A DNA stretch of 58,962 nt from Alphaproteobacteria bacterium. Lineage in GTDB: Bacteria > Pseudomonadota > Alphaproteobacteria > Rs-D84 > CACZYB01. The translations under genes were made by a program, and so were the position numbers. Positions 9,095 through 19,005 of the stretch are shown in pieces. The stretch lies in NCBI GenBank assembly GCA_009785175.1, contig WQWV01000001.1, forward strand, positions 1-58,962, read 5' to 3'. Below the pieces are notes generated by a model, which saw only the letters and a program-made list of their open reading frames with translations, searched no databases and was not told the DNA's origin. Within the stretch, counting starts at the first letter, position 1. Every line of letters begins with the position of its first letter.

Positions 9095-12000
9095 ATGAAT
9101 ATCGTCGACTGGCTCTTGGAACGCAAACGCCTTTTCTTCTTGGTGCTGTTTTTAATAGTCGTCGCCGGCGTCCGAACGTTCCTTTATATGCCCAAGGAAT
9201 CGTTCCCCGAAATCAAGATGCCGTTTATCTTTACGACCATAACGCAGCGCGGCATTTCGCCCGACGACGCCGAACGCCTTATCGCCAAGCCGCTCGAGAA
9301 GGAATTCAAGACGATACAGGGGATAAAGATCCTGAACACCCGGTGTTTCGAGGGCTGGTGCATAGTCATCGCCGAATTCCACAGCGGCCTGGACTCCGAG
9401 AAGTCCCTGCGCGAAGCAAAGGACGCCGTCGACCGCGCCCGCCCCAAGCTTCCCAAGGACGCGGACGAACCTACGGTGTTCGAACGCTCCACCGCCGACT
9501 TTCCGATCGCGATAGTAAATATTTTCGGCACTGCTCCTGAACGCGCGCTTGGCATTACGGCCGACAGGCTCCGCGACATGCTTGAAACCATTCCCGGCGT
9601 GGTCGAGGCGGACGTCGGCGGCAAACGCGAGGAGCAGATCGAGATACAAATCGATCCCGTGAAAATAGATTCGTATCGGCTTTCGGCACAGGCGGTGGCG
9701 CAGCTTATGGCCGCCACTAACGTGCTTATCCCGGCCGGCAACATCGAAACCGCTCGCGGTAGTTTTCCTATAAAAGTGCCAAGTCTGATCGAGGGGCCCG
9801 AGGATTTGCTTGCGCTACCCGTAATCACGACCGCGAACGCTGCTATCACTCTTGCCGACATCGCGGATATCCGGCGCATGTATAAGGATGCTAAGGGATT
9901 CGTGCGAATGAACGGCGTTCCGTCGCTCTCCATCGAGATAAAGAAACGCTCGGGCGCGAATACCATTGCGACGATGGAGGGCGTGCGATACGCACTTGAA
10001 CAGGCGGCCAAAGTGATCCCCGCCAACATCGCGACCTCTATCGCCAACGACGCTTCGGTTCACATAAGGAATTCGCTATCCGATCTTGGCAACTCGGTAA
10101 TTTTCGCGGTCCTCCTTGTGGTGCTTTGCATAGTCATGATGTTGGGACTTCGCGAGGGATTGCTTGTCGGAGTGTCGATTCCGCTTTCCTTCGTGCTGGG
10201 CGTTTTATTCCTCTCAAGTGCGCTGGACGCGATAAACATGATGGTGCTTTTCGGCATGATATTGTCTGTGGGACTTCTTATTGACGGAGCGATAGTCATC
10301 ACCGAATACGCCGACCAGCTTATGACCGCCGGAGCGGATAGGAAGACGGCATATTCCAAAGCGGCGAAGCGTATGTTCATGGTGATCACGCTATCTACGT
10401 TGACGACGCTTATGGCCTTCATGCCGCTTTTCAGATGGCCGGGACAAATGGGCGAGTTCATGAAATTCCTCCCGATAACAGTGTCGGCGATTCTTGCCGC
10501 GTCGCTTGTGGTCGCACTTATATTTATTCCGGTCCTCGGCGCGACCTTCGGTTCCAAAACTTCCAAGCCGAGCCCGGAAAAGAAAATGATCGTGGCCGCC
10601 TCCAACGGTCATTATGAAAAGCTCGCTGGCTATATGCGCGTCTACCTTGGCGTGCTAAGTTTCGCGCTCAAACACCCTAAAAAGATTATCGCCTCCATAG
10701 TCGGAGTGTTGATATTAACGCTCGCGCTTTATACTAAGTTGGGCGTAGGGATTCAACTTTTCCCCGACGCCGAACCGGATTTTATCAACATCAACGTCCA
10801 CGCACGCGGCAACCTCTCTACCGCGGAAAAAGATTCGTTCGTGCACTCGATCGAGGAGAAGATTTCCGAGCTGCCATATTTCAAGAACGTATACGGCCGC
10901 TCGGGCGCGCGTTCAAGAATGAGCGCAGAGGACGTCGTCGGATATGTGCAAGTCGAACTCAAAGATTGGGATCAACGTCCCAAGGCAAGCATAATCACCG
11001 GACGCATGGAAGAAGCGCTTAGGGACTCGGCTGGTTTTATACCCCAAGTCATGCGCGAACGCCGCGGCCCCGGTTCCGCAAAGCCGATTGATATCCGCGT
11101 ATCGGCGCTTGACGAAGACCCGCGTAAAATCGACGCCGGATACAAGCACCTCCGCGAGGCTATGGACATCGTCGGCGGATTCACCAATATCGACGACACG
11201 ACTTCGCTTCCCGGCATTCAATGGGAGATGAGAATTAATAAGGCTCAGGCCGCCAAACTCGGCGTATCCGTCGGCGCCATCGGCTCGGTGGTTCAAATGT
11301 TGACGCACGGCGCCAAAGTTTCAAGCTATATGCCCGGCGACCTTGACGAAGAAATCGACATCGTGATCCGCTTCCCCGAACGATTCCGCACGCTCGACCA
11401 AATCGGCAATCTTTATGTAGTCGGAGCGAACGGCCGCAACGTCCCGCTTTCAAGCTTTACGCAAATAGTCCCGACACCCAAGACACACCTTGTCCAACGC
11501 ATGGACGGCAAACGCGTGATAAGAATGCGCGCGGACGTGGCAAGCGGCCTTTATGCCGCAGATCGCCTCACTGCTCTTCAACGCCACCTGGCAAGCAATC
11601 CCCCACCGTCTGGCGTCGAGTTCCTCTATCGCGGCGAAGCGCAGGACAGCGCAGAAAATTCCGGCTTCTTGGGCCAAGCGTTCATGCTTGCCATCGGCAT
11701 GATGTTCGTGATTTTGATCGCCCAGTTCAACAGCTTCTATTCCGTGTTCATAATCCTTTTCTCGATTCTCCTTTCGACCATCGGAGTTTTCCTCGGGCTG
11801 ATGATAACGCGCGATCCGTTCAGCATAGTTATGACCGGCCTTGCGATCATATCGCTTGGCGGAGTGATTACGAACAACAATATCATCTTGATTGATACAT
11901 ATAACGATATGAAGAAGAAGACCAAGGATACAATCGACGCACTTAAACGCACAGGTCTATCGCGCCTAAGACCGATTTATCTGACCACGATAACGACGAT

Positions 12001-12229
12001 GTTGGGCATGCTGCCGATGGCGCTCAAGATGAACATGGACTTCCTTTCTGGACGCATAACGTTCGGCAACCCTTCTATGGACACCTGGGCCGCGTTTTCA
12101 AGGAGTATTATTTTCGGCCTTTCCTTCGCAACGATTCTGACGCTGATTATCACACCGTGTATGCTACTCCTTGGCGACAAGGCAAAGGCTAAAATCAAGG
12201 CTAGACTGAGAAAAAAAGCCGAAAAATAA
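9095..12229 (+). CDS. efflux RND transporter permease (AcrB/HAE family)
   Basis: About 1044 aa from the ATG at 9095 (MNIVDWLLERK), with a 12-TM/two-large-loop organisation typical of AcrB-type pumps. Confidence 0.9.
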   Translation: MNIVDWLLERKRLFFLVLFLIVVAGVRTFLYMPKESFPEIKMPFIFTTITQRGISPDDAERLIAKPLEKEFKTIQGIKILNTRCFEGWCIVIAEFHSGLDSEKSLREAKDAVDRARPKLPKDADEPTVFERSTADFPIAIVNIFGTAPERALGITADRLRDMLETIPGVVEADVGGKREEQIEIQIDPVKIDSYRLSAQAVAQLMAATNVLIPAGNIETARGSFPIKVPSLIEGPEDLLALPVITTANAAITLADIADIRRMYKDAKGFVRMNGVPSLSIEIKKRSGANTIATMEGVRYALEQAAKVIPANIATSIANDASVHIRNSLSDLGNSVIFAVLLVVLCIVMMLGLREGLLVGVSIPLSFVLGVLFLSSALDAINMMVLFGMILSVGLLIDGAIVITEYADQLMTAGADRKTAYSKAAKRMFMVITLSTLTTLMAFMPLFRWPGQMGEFMKFLPITVSAILAASLVVALIFIPVLGATFGSKTSKPSPEKKMIVAASNGHYEKLAGYMRVYLGVLSFALKHPKKIIASIVGVLILTLALYTKLGVGIQLFPDAEPDFININVHARGNLSTAEKDSFVHSIEEKISELPYFKNVYGRSGARSRMSAEDVVGYVQVELKDWDQRPKASIITGRMEEALRDSAGFIPQVMRERRGPGSAKPIDIRVSALDEDPRKIDAGYKHLREAMDIVGGFTNIDDTTSLPGIQWEMRINKAQAAKLGVSVGAIGSVVQMLTHGAKVSSYMPGDLDEEIDIVIRFPERFRTLDQIGNLYVVGANGRNVPLSSFTQIVPTPKTHLVQRMDGKRVIRMRADVASGLYAADRLTALQRHLASNPPPSGVEFLYRGEAQDSAENSGFLGQAFMLAIGMMFVILIAQFNSFYSVFIILFSILLSTIGVFLGLMITRDPFSIVMTGLAIISLGGVITNNNIILIDTYNDMKKKTKDTIDALKRTGLSRLRPIYLTTITTMLGMLPMALKMNMDFLSGRITFGNPSMDTWAAFSRSIIFGLSFATILTLIITPCMLLLGDKAKAKIKARLRKKAEK

Positions 12230-12246
12230 AAAAATCACCGCCAATA

Positions 12247-12275
12247 CTTGAAATACTCCAAAGCCATACCTATAT
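12247..12275 (+). promoter_or_regulatory. sigma32-type heat-shock promoter candidate for dnaK
   Basis: CTTGAAA at 12247-12253, 15 nt, then CCTATAT at 12269-12275. Boxes and spacing are identical to the dnaJ upstream region. Confidence 0.5.
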
Positions 12276-12350
12276 TTATCCTATAAGTTGAAAACGAACT
12301 AGCCTCGTCAGTTTGATGCTCAAAATCACGAGGCGCGAAAGGAACCTAAA

Positions 12351-14258
12351 ATGGCAAAAGTAATAGGCATCGACCTTGGAACAACAAACTCGTGCTTCGC
12401 ATACATGGACTCGGGCGAGGCAAAGGTAATCGAAAACGCCGAGGGCAAGCGCACGACCCCCTCTGTGGTAGCGTTTACCGACACGGAAACGCTTGTCGGC
12501 ACAAGCGCAAGGAACCAAGCGATTGTCAATCCCGAAAACACCATCTACGCGGTCAAGCGCCTTATCGGCCGCCGTTTTGATGACAAGATGGTCGGCAAGG
12601 ACAAAGACCTCGTCCCCTATAAAATCACCCGCGCGGACAACGGCGACGCATGGGTCGAGGTAAAGGGCAAAAAATACTCGCCGCAACAGATTTCCGCGGA
12701 TATTCTTGCAAAAATCAAAAAAGACGCCGAGGCATATTTGGGCGAAAAAGTGTCCGAGGCGGTCATCACCGTCCCCGCATACTTCAACGATTCGCAACGC
12801 CAAGCCACCAAAGACGCAGGCGCCATCGCCGGGCTTAACGTCCTTCGCATAATAAACGAACCGACCGCGGCCGCGCTTGCCTATGGCCTTGATAAAAAGA
12901 AAAACGGCACCATAGTTGTTTATGATTTGGGCGGCGGCACCTTCGACGTTTCGATTCTTGAAATCGGCGACGGCGTGTTCGAGGTCAAATCCACCAACGG
13001 CGACACGTTCCTTGGCGGCGAAGACTTCGACAACCGCGTAATATATTTCCTTGCCGACGAGTTCAAGAAAACCTCCAGCATAGATTTGAAAAACGATAAA
13101 CTCGCTCTCCAACGGCTCAAGGACGCCGCGGAAAAGGCGAAGATCGAGCTGTCTTCGGCCATGGAAACGGACATCAACCTTCCGTTTATAACCGCGGACG
13201 CTTCCGGCCCCAAACACCTTAATATCAAGCTCACGCGCGCCAAGTTGGAATCCCTTGTCGGCGACCTGATCGATAAAACGCTCGAGCCGTGCAAGAAGGC
13301 GCTCAAAGACGCCGGGCTCAAGGCCTCCGACATCGGCGAGGTTATTTTGGTCGGCGGTCAAACCCGTATGCCCAAAGTTCAAGAGGTCGTGAAAAACTTC
13401 TTTGGCAAAGAGCCGCACAAAGGCGTGAATCCCGACGAAGTCGTCGCCATCGGCGCGGCGATTCAGGGCGGCGTTTTGAAAGGAGATGTCAAGGACATTC
13501 TCCTTCTCGACGTGACCCCGCTCTCGCTTGGAATCGAAACGCTTGGCGGAGTGTTCACTCGTCTTATCGACCGCAACACCACGATTCCCACCAAAAAATC
13601 ACAAACCTTCTCGACCGCCGAAGACGGCCAGACCGCAGTGTCGATTCGAGTGTTCCAGGGCGAACGCGAGATGGCCGCGGATAACAAACTCCTCGGCGCC
13701 TTCGACCTTGTCGGCATTCCATCGGCCCCGCGCGGCATACCCCAAATCGAGGTCGTCTTCGACATCGACGCCAACGGCATCACGCACGTTTCCGCCAAGG
13801 ACAAGGGCACCGGCAAGGAGCAGATGATATCCATCAAATCCGACGGCGGCCTGTCCGACGACGAAATCGAGAAGATGAAGAAAGACGCCGAAGCCAACGC
13901 CGACGCCGATAAAAAGAAACGCGAAGTCGTCGAGGCAAGAAACTACGCCGAATCCCTTGCTCACCAAAGCGAAAAACAACTCTCGGAAAACAAAGACAAG
14001 GTCGACACGGCAACCGCCGAAGCGATCGAAACCGCGATAAAGGACGTCCGCGCAACACTTGAAAACGCCGACGCCCCGCTTGAGGACATCAAGGCGAAAA
14101 CCGAGGCTCTGTCCGCGGTCGCCATGAAACTTGGCGAGGCGATTTACAAAGCACAGCAGCCTCAGCCCGGCGCCGAAGGTCAACCCAACGGCGCGGAACA
14201 ATCCGCCGGCGAGAACGGCGAAAAAGTGGTCGACGCGGAATACGAAGAGAAAAAGTAA
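12351..14258 (+). CDS. dnaK: molecular chaperone DnaK (Hsp70)
   Basis: 635 aa with [17 protein letters not shown] and [11 protein letters not shown] signatures. Confidence 0.97.
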   Translation: MAKVIGIDLGTTNSCFAYMDSGEAKVIENAEGKRTTPSVVAFTDTETLVGTSARNQAIVNPENTIYAVKRLIGRRFDDKMVGKDKDLVPYKITRADNGDAWVEVKGKKYSPQQISADILAKIKKDAEAYLGEKVSEAVITVPAYFNDSQRQATKDAGAIAGLNVLRIINEPTAAALAYGLDKKKNGTIVVYDLGGGTFDVSILEIGDGVFEVKSTNGDTFLGGEDFDNRVIYFLADEFKKTSSIDLKNDKLALQRLKDAAEKAKIELSSAMETDINLPFITADASGPKHLNIKLTRAKLESLVGDLIDKTLEPCKKALKDAGLKASDIGEVILVGGQTRMPKVQEVVKNFFGKEPHKGVNPDEVVAIGAAIQGGVLKGDVKDILLLDVTPLSLGIETLGGVFTRLIDRNTTIPTKKSQTFSTAEDGQTAVSIRVFQGEREMAADNKLLGAFDLVGIPSAPRGIPQIEVVFDIDANGITHVSAKDKGTGKEQMISIKSDGGLSDDEIEKMKKDAEANADADKKKREVVEARNYAESLAHQSEKQLSENKDKVDTATAEAIETAIKDVRATLENADAPLEDIKAKTEALSAVAMKLGEAIYKAQQPQPGAEGQPNGAEQSAGENGEKVVDAEYEEKK

Positions 14259-14260
14259 TT

Positions 14261-14287
14261 GTCATTCCGGGCCACGACCCGGAATCC
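14261..14287. repeat. GTCATTCCGG-N-CCGGAATCC hairpin motif (REP-like)
   Basis: gtcattccgggccacgacccggaatcc lies 3 nt after the dnaK stop. Related hairpins occur at 43551-43576 and 56159-56183. Confidence 0.6.
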
Positions 14288-14303
14288 AGTTGACATAAAA
14301 CCG

Positions 14304-14332
14304 AAATCCCCTGCCTAGCGGGGGATTTTTTT
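14304..14332 (+). terminator. rho-independent terminator of dnaK
   Basis: Stem AAATCCCC / GGGGATTT followed by a T-run. Confidence 0.7.
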
Positions 14333-14377
14333 CCTCTTACCGTCTCCAAATTTAAGAAGATCGACCTTGAATAAATA

Positions 14378-15022
14378 TTAAAACTCTTTGCTCTCGCCGA
14401 TATCTAAAACTAATCCTCCGGACACCTTATCGACAAACTCCTGGGGATTCGCGCTTATGACGGGAAAAGTGTTATAGTGCATTGGTATCGCAATCTTCGG
14501 CTTTAACAAACCAACCGCATAAATCGCATCTTCAATATCCATAGTAAAGTTTCCGCCAATCGGCAGCATTGCAATATCTATATTGTGCCGCCGACCCAAC
14601 AATTCCATATCGCCGAACAATCCTGTGTCGCCGGCATGATAAATCGTTTTGTTGTCAATTTCGATAATGACGCCCACGGCGCGGCCTATATCATGAATCA
14701 TGTCCACAGAACTGCCATGGGTTGCATCCGTAAGTTTTAGGCGAAATGCACCGAAATCAAAAAATCCGCCGATATTCATAGAATGCGCTTCGGCCACACC
14801 TAATGATTTAAGATAGTTGCCTAACTCGCCAGTTCCGATAAATTTGGCACCGTTTTTGCAAAGTTTCTCTGCGTGCCCAAGATGGTCGAAATGCCCGTGC
14901 GTAGCGATAACAAAATCTGGCTTCGGCCCAAACTTGGCTTCATCATAAAACGGATCTATGATTATGTTTACACCATTGCTTTCTATCAAAAAACACGAAT
15001 GCCCTAAATATGTTATTTTCAT
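14378..15022 (-). CDS. metal-dependent hydrolase, MBL fold (UPF0173 family)
   Basis: 214 aa with MKITYLGHSCFLIE and the HGHFDHLG metal-binding motif. Confidence 0.8.
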   Translation of the reverse strand: MKITYLGHSCFLIESNGVNIIIDPFYDEAKFGPKPDFVIATHGHFDHLGHAEKLCKNGAKFIGTGELGNYLKSLGVAEAHSMNIGGFFDFGAFRLKLTDATHGSSVDMIHDIGRAVGVIIEIDNKTIYHAGDTGLFGDMELLGRRHNIDIAMLPIGGNFTMDIEDAIYAVGLLKPKIAIPMHYNTFPVISANPQEFVDKVSGGLVLDIGESKEF

Positions 15023-15043
15023 TTTTCACCTCAAGTTTTAATT

Positions 15044-16249
15044 TCACAAAACGCCCATCTCGAACAAATCCATATCGGGATAGCCATCCGGGAAAATGCG
15101 GCGACCGGATTTATAATGCGTAGTCCCGCCGTCGACCAACCGCTGCTGATACGCTTTTATAGCGCGCAAAGTATCGCGGCGCAATATCCCGTCCGGCTCG
15201 ACGCCCGCACGTTTCTGCATTTCGCGAAGCTGATCTATAGAGAGCATTCGCACATCTGTTTTGGGCCGCTTGAGCGTCGCTACCGGCTCGCCGGCGATGA
15301 CATCGGAAAGCATACCTATGGAAAGCGCGTATGCCGTGCTGGCGTTCCACCGCATGATTATTCGATAGTTTGGATATACAAGGAACGCCGGACCTGTGGC
15401 GCCCTGCGGCATGATAAGCATGGCTTCCATAGTTGATTTCGGCAAAACGCCGCCGCCGTATGTGCGAATGCCGATTCGCGCCCACTCGTTGACAGTTTTA
15501 TTTTCATAAGTGTTCACGTTCCGCCAGGCAAGCACATTGTCCTCGGCGAAGCTTACCGGCCGGCCCCACCGCTGCTTGTCGTTCCAACCCATTCTGTTCA
15601 GATAGTTCGCGGCCGAGAAAATGGAATCGTGCACCGAGCCGATCAGATCGATGCGCCCGTCCCCGTCTCCGTCGATTGCAAAGGATAACACCGACGAAGG
15701 CATAAATTGGAAGTTTCCGAACGCGCCCGCCCACGACCCTTTCGCGTCGGCATTCAAATGCCCCGCTGCGACAAGACGTATCAAATTCGCAAGCTCGTCG
15801 GAAAAGAACCTCGCGCGCCGCCCGTCGAATGCCAACGTGGTCAATGCGCTGGCAAGATGATGGTTTCCGAAAAACGCGCCGTAGTTTGTCTCCATGCCCC
15901 AGAATGCGGCGATCACCGCCGGCGGCACATTGTATTTTTTATATGCGGCATCGAAAATCGCACGATGCTTTTTAAGGGCTGCGCGGCCTCCGTCGATCCT
16001 GTCTTGGCGAAGCGCGGAATCGTAATAGCGCCAGAACGAGCGCACGAACTCGGGTTGCGACCGGTCCTTCTTGATCGCCTCGGCATCGTATTCTGCGACA
16101 TTCATGACGGCAAGCGCGGCCGCAGCGTCAAGCCGGCGGGCCGGCACTTCGACCAAAAGGAAACGTTCTTTGAACTCGTCGAACCCCTCGACCGCCGACG
16201 CACCGATCGCGGCAACAAAAGCGATTACGAAAGCAAGCGCGCGTATCAA
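15044..16249 (-). CDS. lytic murein transglycosylase (MltB-like) with C-terminal peptidoglycan-binding domain
   Basis: Signal peptide, FWGMETNYG and GAFGNFQFMPSS motifs of the family, and a PG_binding-like tail (GVEPDGILRRDTLRAIKAYQ). Confidence 0.85.
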   Translation of the reverse strand: MIRALAFVIAFVAAIGASAVEGFDEFKERFLLVEVPARRLDAAAALAVMNVAEYDAEAIKKDRSQPEFVRSFWRYYDSALRQDRIDGGRAALKKHRAIFDAAYKKYNVPPAVIAAFWGMETNYGAFFGNHHLASALTTLAFDGRRARFFSDELANLIRLVAAGHLNADAKGSWAGAFGNFQFMPSSVLSFAIDGDGDGRIDLIGSVHDSIFSAANYLNRMGWNDKQRWGRPVSFAEDNVLAWRNVNTYENKTVNEWARIGIRTYGGGVLPKSTMEAMLIMPQGATGPAFLVYPNYRIIMRWNASTAYALSIGMLSDVIAGEPVATLKRPKTDVRMLSIDQLREMQKRAGVEPDGILRRDTLRAIKAYQQRLVDGGTTHYKSGRRIFPDGYPDMDLFEMGVL

Positions 16250-16785
16250 GCTCTGACTTTTATATCTTTGATTTTATCGTTAAGGTTTTTAAGCACTTCG
16301 TCGGTCAAGTCAAGCCGGTTATTGATCAATACGGTCATCGCTTCCGACAGCACCATGTCAAGCCCGTACTTGCGTCCGACCTCGCGTATTATGGGCTCAA
16401 GATGGTCTTCGTTCACGGTCTTCATAGCGTCGAACACGCCCTTCCTTATCGCGGCTTCGCGCTCTTGGGTCGAACGGTCGAAGTCCATCACAGATTTTTG
16501 AAACGCCGCGACTTCTTTTTGGAACGCATCGGGCGACAACGCTATACGCTTGGTCCTAAGGTCGCCCTCACGCGCTTCGAACTCCTTGCGTTTTTTTTCA
16601 ACCGAGGCCTTCAAGTCGTCAAGAAGCTTGTCGCGTTGAGTGTTGATCGATTTCATTACACGCGCGTTCTCGGTTATTTTCTGGCTGTTGACTACGCCGA
16701 TTCTTACGGGTTGGAAGTCCTCTGCTTTTTGTGCGGACGCGGCGAACGCGACAAGCATGGCGATAGCGAATGCGATTTTTCTCAT
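16246..16785 (-). CDS. OmpH/Skp family periplasmic chaperone
   Basis: 179 aa with a signal peptide and a charged coiled-coil body typical of Skp. It overlaps the transglycosylase start by 4 nt. Confidence 0.7.
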   Translation of the reverse strand: MRKIAFAIAMLVAFAASAQKAEDFQPVRIGVVNSQKITENARVMKSINTQRDKLLDDLKASVEKKRKEFEAREGDLRTKRIALSPDAFQKEVAAFQKSVMDFDRSTQEREAAIRKGVFDAMKTVNEDHLEPIIREVGRKYGLDMVLSEAMTVLINNRLDLTDEVLKNLNDKIKDIKVRA

Positions 16786-16851
16786 TTTTCATCTCCTTCT
16801 ATGATGTATAAATCATAGCCGACACCAGCCGGAAAGCAAGAGGAAAATAGG

Positions 16852-17900
16852 TCAAAGACGCAGTATGCTTAGAAGCATATTTTCAAGGCCGAATTCATTT
16901 ATCTTGAAATCTCGATTGATACTTTCAGTGCGTGGAAATGGAATATCTTTCTTATCAAGCATATCCCAGCGGAAGTCTTCGGTCAGCTCGAAAAAGCCCA
17001 CCCCCATGAACGCCAGCGCGTTGCACATCATTCTAAAACCCCATGTAAGCGAGAAAAGCTCGAGGAATTTTGTTCCCGGCCGCATGAAAATCGCATTGGT
17101 GGAATTCGCCCCGTGCGGAGTGATAACGAAATCGGCATTGTGGAAATAGCGTATCTGCTCGGCCACGCTGTGTTCTTCGGGCGTCATAACCTCGAAGCCG
17201 TATCTCTTTAATATTTCTATTATCCGAAGCTCGTTGCTTATCCGCCTTCTTCCGATACGCTTTACATAAAGACGCTTGGGGTATTTTTCGTCGACAAGGT
17301 TCGGGATTTTCGGAAGTATGCGGTCGCGCACGAAGGCGATATGGCTTCCATGCAAGTCCGCCGGTTTGAAATATACCGCTCCGATAACTATCAGCTCTTC
17401 CACCTGTATCGATTGGCCACAGGCGATTTCCACAATGCGCTCGGGACCAAGAAGAAGCCTATAGAACTCCTTTATGAACTCGAAACTATAGGACAAGGTT
17501 ATATACTTTCCCTTATATCCTAGATTCTCAAGCTCCATTATCGCGACCGCATGGTCGTAAATGCAATGGTGATAGTTGAACGAGCCTCCGCCGCCGCCGG
17601 GGGTTATGTATGCAGCCTGTTCCATCTGCGCTGCACAATCGATTTTTACGCTTGGGTCAAGCGACCTGGCAAGCTCTCCATTCCCCCCCCCATCACGCTT
17701 TCGCGCACTCCATATCCGTCGAGGGTATCCACGATTATATGATTGTCTTTTACGACTATCGGTAGGCCGGTCTGGTATTCCACGGTGGCGTTCTTTATCG
17801 CAAAGAATGAATGCACGCCTTTGTGGAATAGGTTGACTTCTTTGTTTACATCGGAAAACGCCGACAAATATATTGGTGATTTGTTGTCGTTCCGATTCAC
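16852..17900 (-). pseudogene. GT61/DUF563-type glycosyltransferase interrupted by a frameshift at a G9 tract (phase-OFF or sequencing error)
   Basis: The N-terminal 84-codon ORF (17900..17646, GTG start) and the C-terminal frame (NYHHC..., RRRISNELRIIEILKRYGFEV...ITPHGANSTNAIF) are offset by one base at 17683-17691. A tract of 10 or 7 G fuses them. Confidence 0.7.
17683..17691. repeat. C9 (G9 on coding strand) homopolymer
   Basis: Nine consecutive C at the junction of the two glycosyltransferase frames. Confidence 0.95.
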
Positions 17901-17902
17901 AA

Positions 17903-18475
17903 TTACTTCTTCGCTCTCTCAATATACGACATATCGTCCGTCGAGATTACAACGGCTTCACCGGCTTCGATGAACTGCGGCACCATGACGCGGATCCCCT
18001 GCTCGGTTGTGGCGGGTTTGAAGCTCGAGGTGGCTGTCTGCCCCTTTACCACGGCTTCGGTGTCGGTCAAAACTACGATTGTGTTTTTAGGAAGGCGCAC
18101 GCCGACCGGACGACCCTCGACGAACGAGATCACGACGTTCATTCCGTCGGCCAAAAGCTTCGCGCGCTCTTCGCCGATGACGTCGTTTGCGACGTTGAGT
18201 TGGTCGTATGTTTTGGAATCCATGAACACTGCGGAATCGCCCTCGGAATACAAAAACGAAAAGTCTTTATCTTCGGCAAGCAATTTTTCTACGGTATCGA
18301 CTGTGCGCCAGCGGTGGTTTGTTTTCGAGCCGGAATCAAGGTCGCGCAAATCGGCCTGTATGAACGCGCCGCCCTTGCCGGGTTTAACGATAGAGATTCC
18401 CATGACGGTATGCGGCCGTCCGTTGTATTCGATCACCCATCCCGGGCGCATAAGGTTCGCATCTGCTTTTGCCAT
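17903..18475 (-). CDS. efp: elongation factor P
   Basis: 190 aa with the loop VKPGKGGAF carrying the conserved Lys, and the three-domain EF-P pattern. Confidence 0.93.
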   Translation of the reverse strand: MAKADANLMRPGWVIEYNGRPHTVMGISIVKPGKGGAFIQADLRDLDSGSKTNHRWRTVDTVEKLLAEDKDFSFLYSEGDSAVFMDSKTYDQLNVANDVIGEERAKLLADGMNVVISFVEGRPVGVRLPKNTIVVLTDTEAVVKGQTATSSFKPATTEQGIRVMVPQFIEAGEAVVISTDDMSYIERAKK

Positions 18476-18492
18476 TTTTTACCTCTTTAAGT

Positions 18493-18783
18493 TTATTGTT
18501 TTTGATTGCCGCTTCTTCCGCCGCGACAGCCCTTAATCCCGGTCTTAGGCACCGGACGGGATCTTTCGTTCACAACGGCGATATTGTCAAACGCGGCGGC
18601 GTTTCTTTCCAGAAGCTCGGTCGATACTTTGTCCGAATCGAAATCACAACCCCTGTTGAACATGTCGAAACCGCGGCCAAAGTCGCTCGCAAAATCCTTT
18701 ACGCTCTCGCAGATTTTTTTGCATATTATGATGGCAAGCACGACACCTGCGCTCGTTGCGATAATTTTGCTATGCTTTTTCAT
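18493..18783 (-). CDS. hypothetical small membrane-anchored protein
   Basis: 96-aa ORF with one N-terminal hydrophobic helix, on the same strand as efp and 18 nt upstream of it. No recognisable family. Confidence 0.4.
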   Translation of the reverse strand: MKKHSKIIATSAGVVLAIIICKKICESVKDFASDFGRGFDMFNRGCDFDSDKVSTELLERNAAAFDNIAVVNERSRPVPKTGIKGCRGGRSGNQKQ

Positions 18784-18882
18784 TTTATTCCTTTTTGTAT
18801 TTGAATTGTTATCTTATATAGTGGGATTTAACACCTTTTCAAGCCAATAATCAAGGGTTTTGTTCAAGATGGGAAAAAGCAT

Positions 18883-19005
18883 AAGACTTGTCAAACTGAG
18901 TCGATTGCGCCGGTCTGGAGCAATAAATAAAAAGTAAACGTATTCTTTACTACGTGCTTTTTATTTTTTGTGAAGACCTAGTAGGCAGCCAGTTTCACAA
19001 GTCTT
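18883..19005. repeat. nested-palindrome intergenic element, copy B
   Basis: Arms AAGACTTGTCAAACTG / CAGTTTCACAAGTCTT. A 60-nt core is identical to copy C. It abuts the rlpA stop codon. Confidence 0.75.

Noticed and set aside
12276-13418. 380-aa minus-strand ORF
   Set aside because: It is antisense to dnaK, whose identity is unambiguous. This is a shadow ORF.
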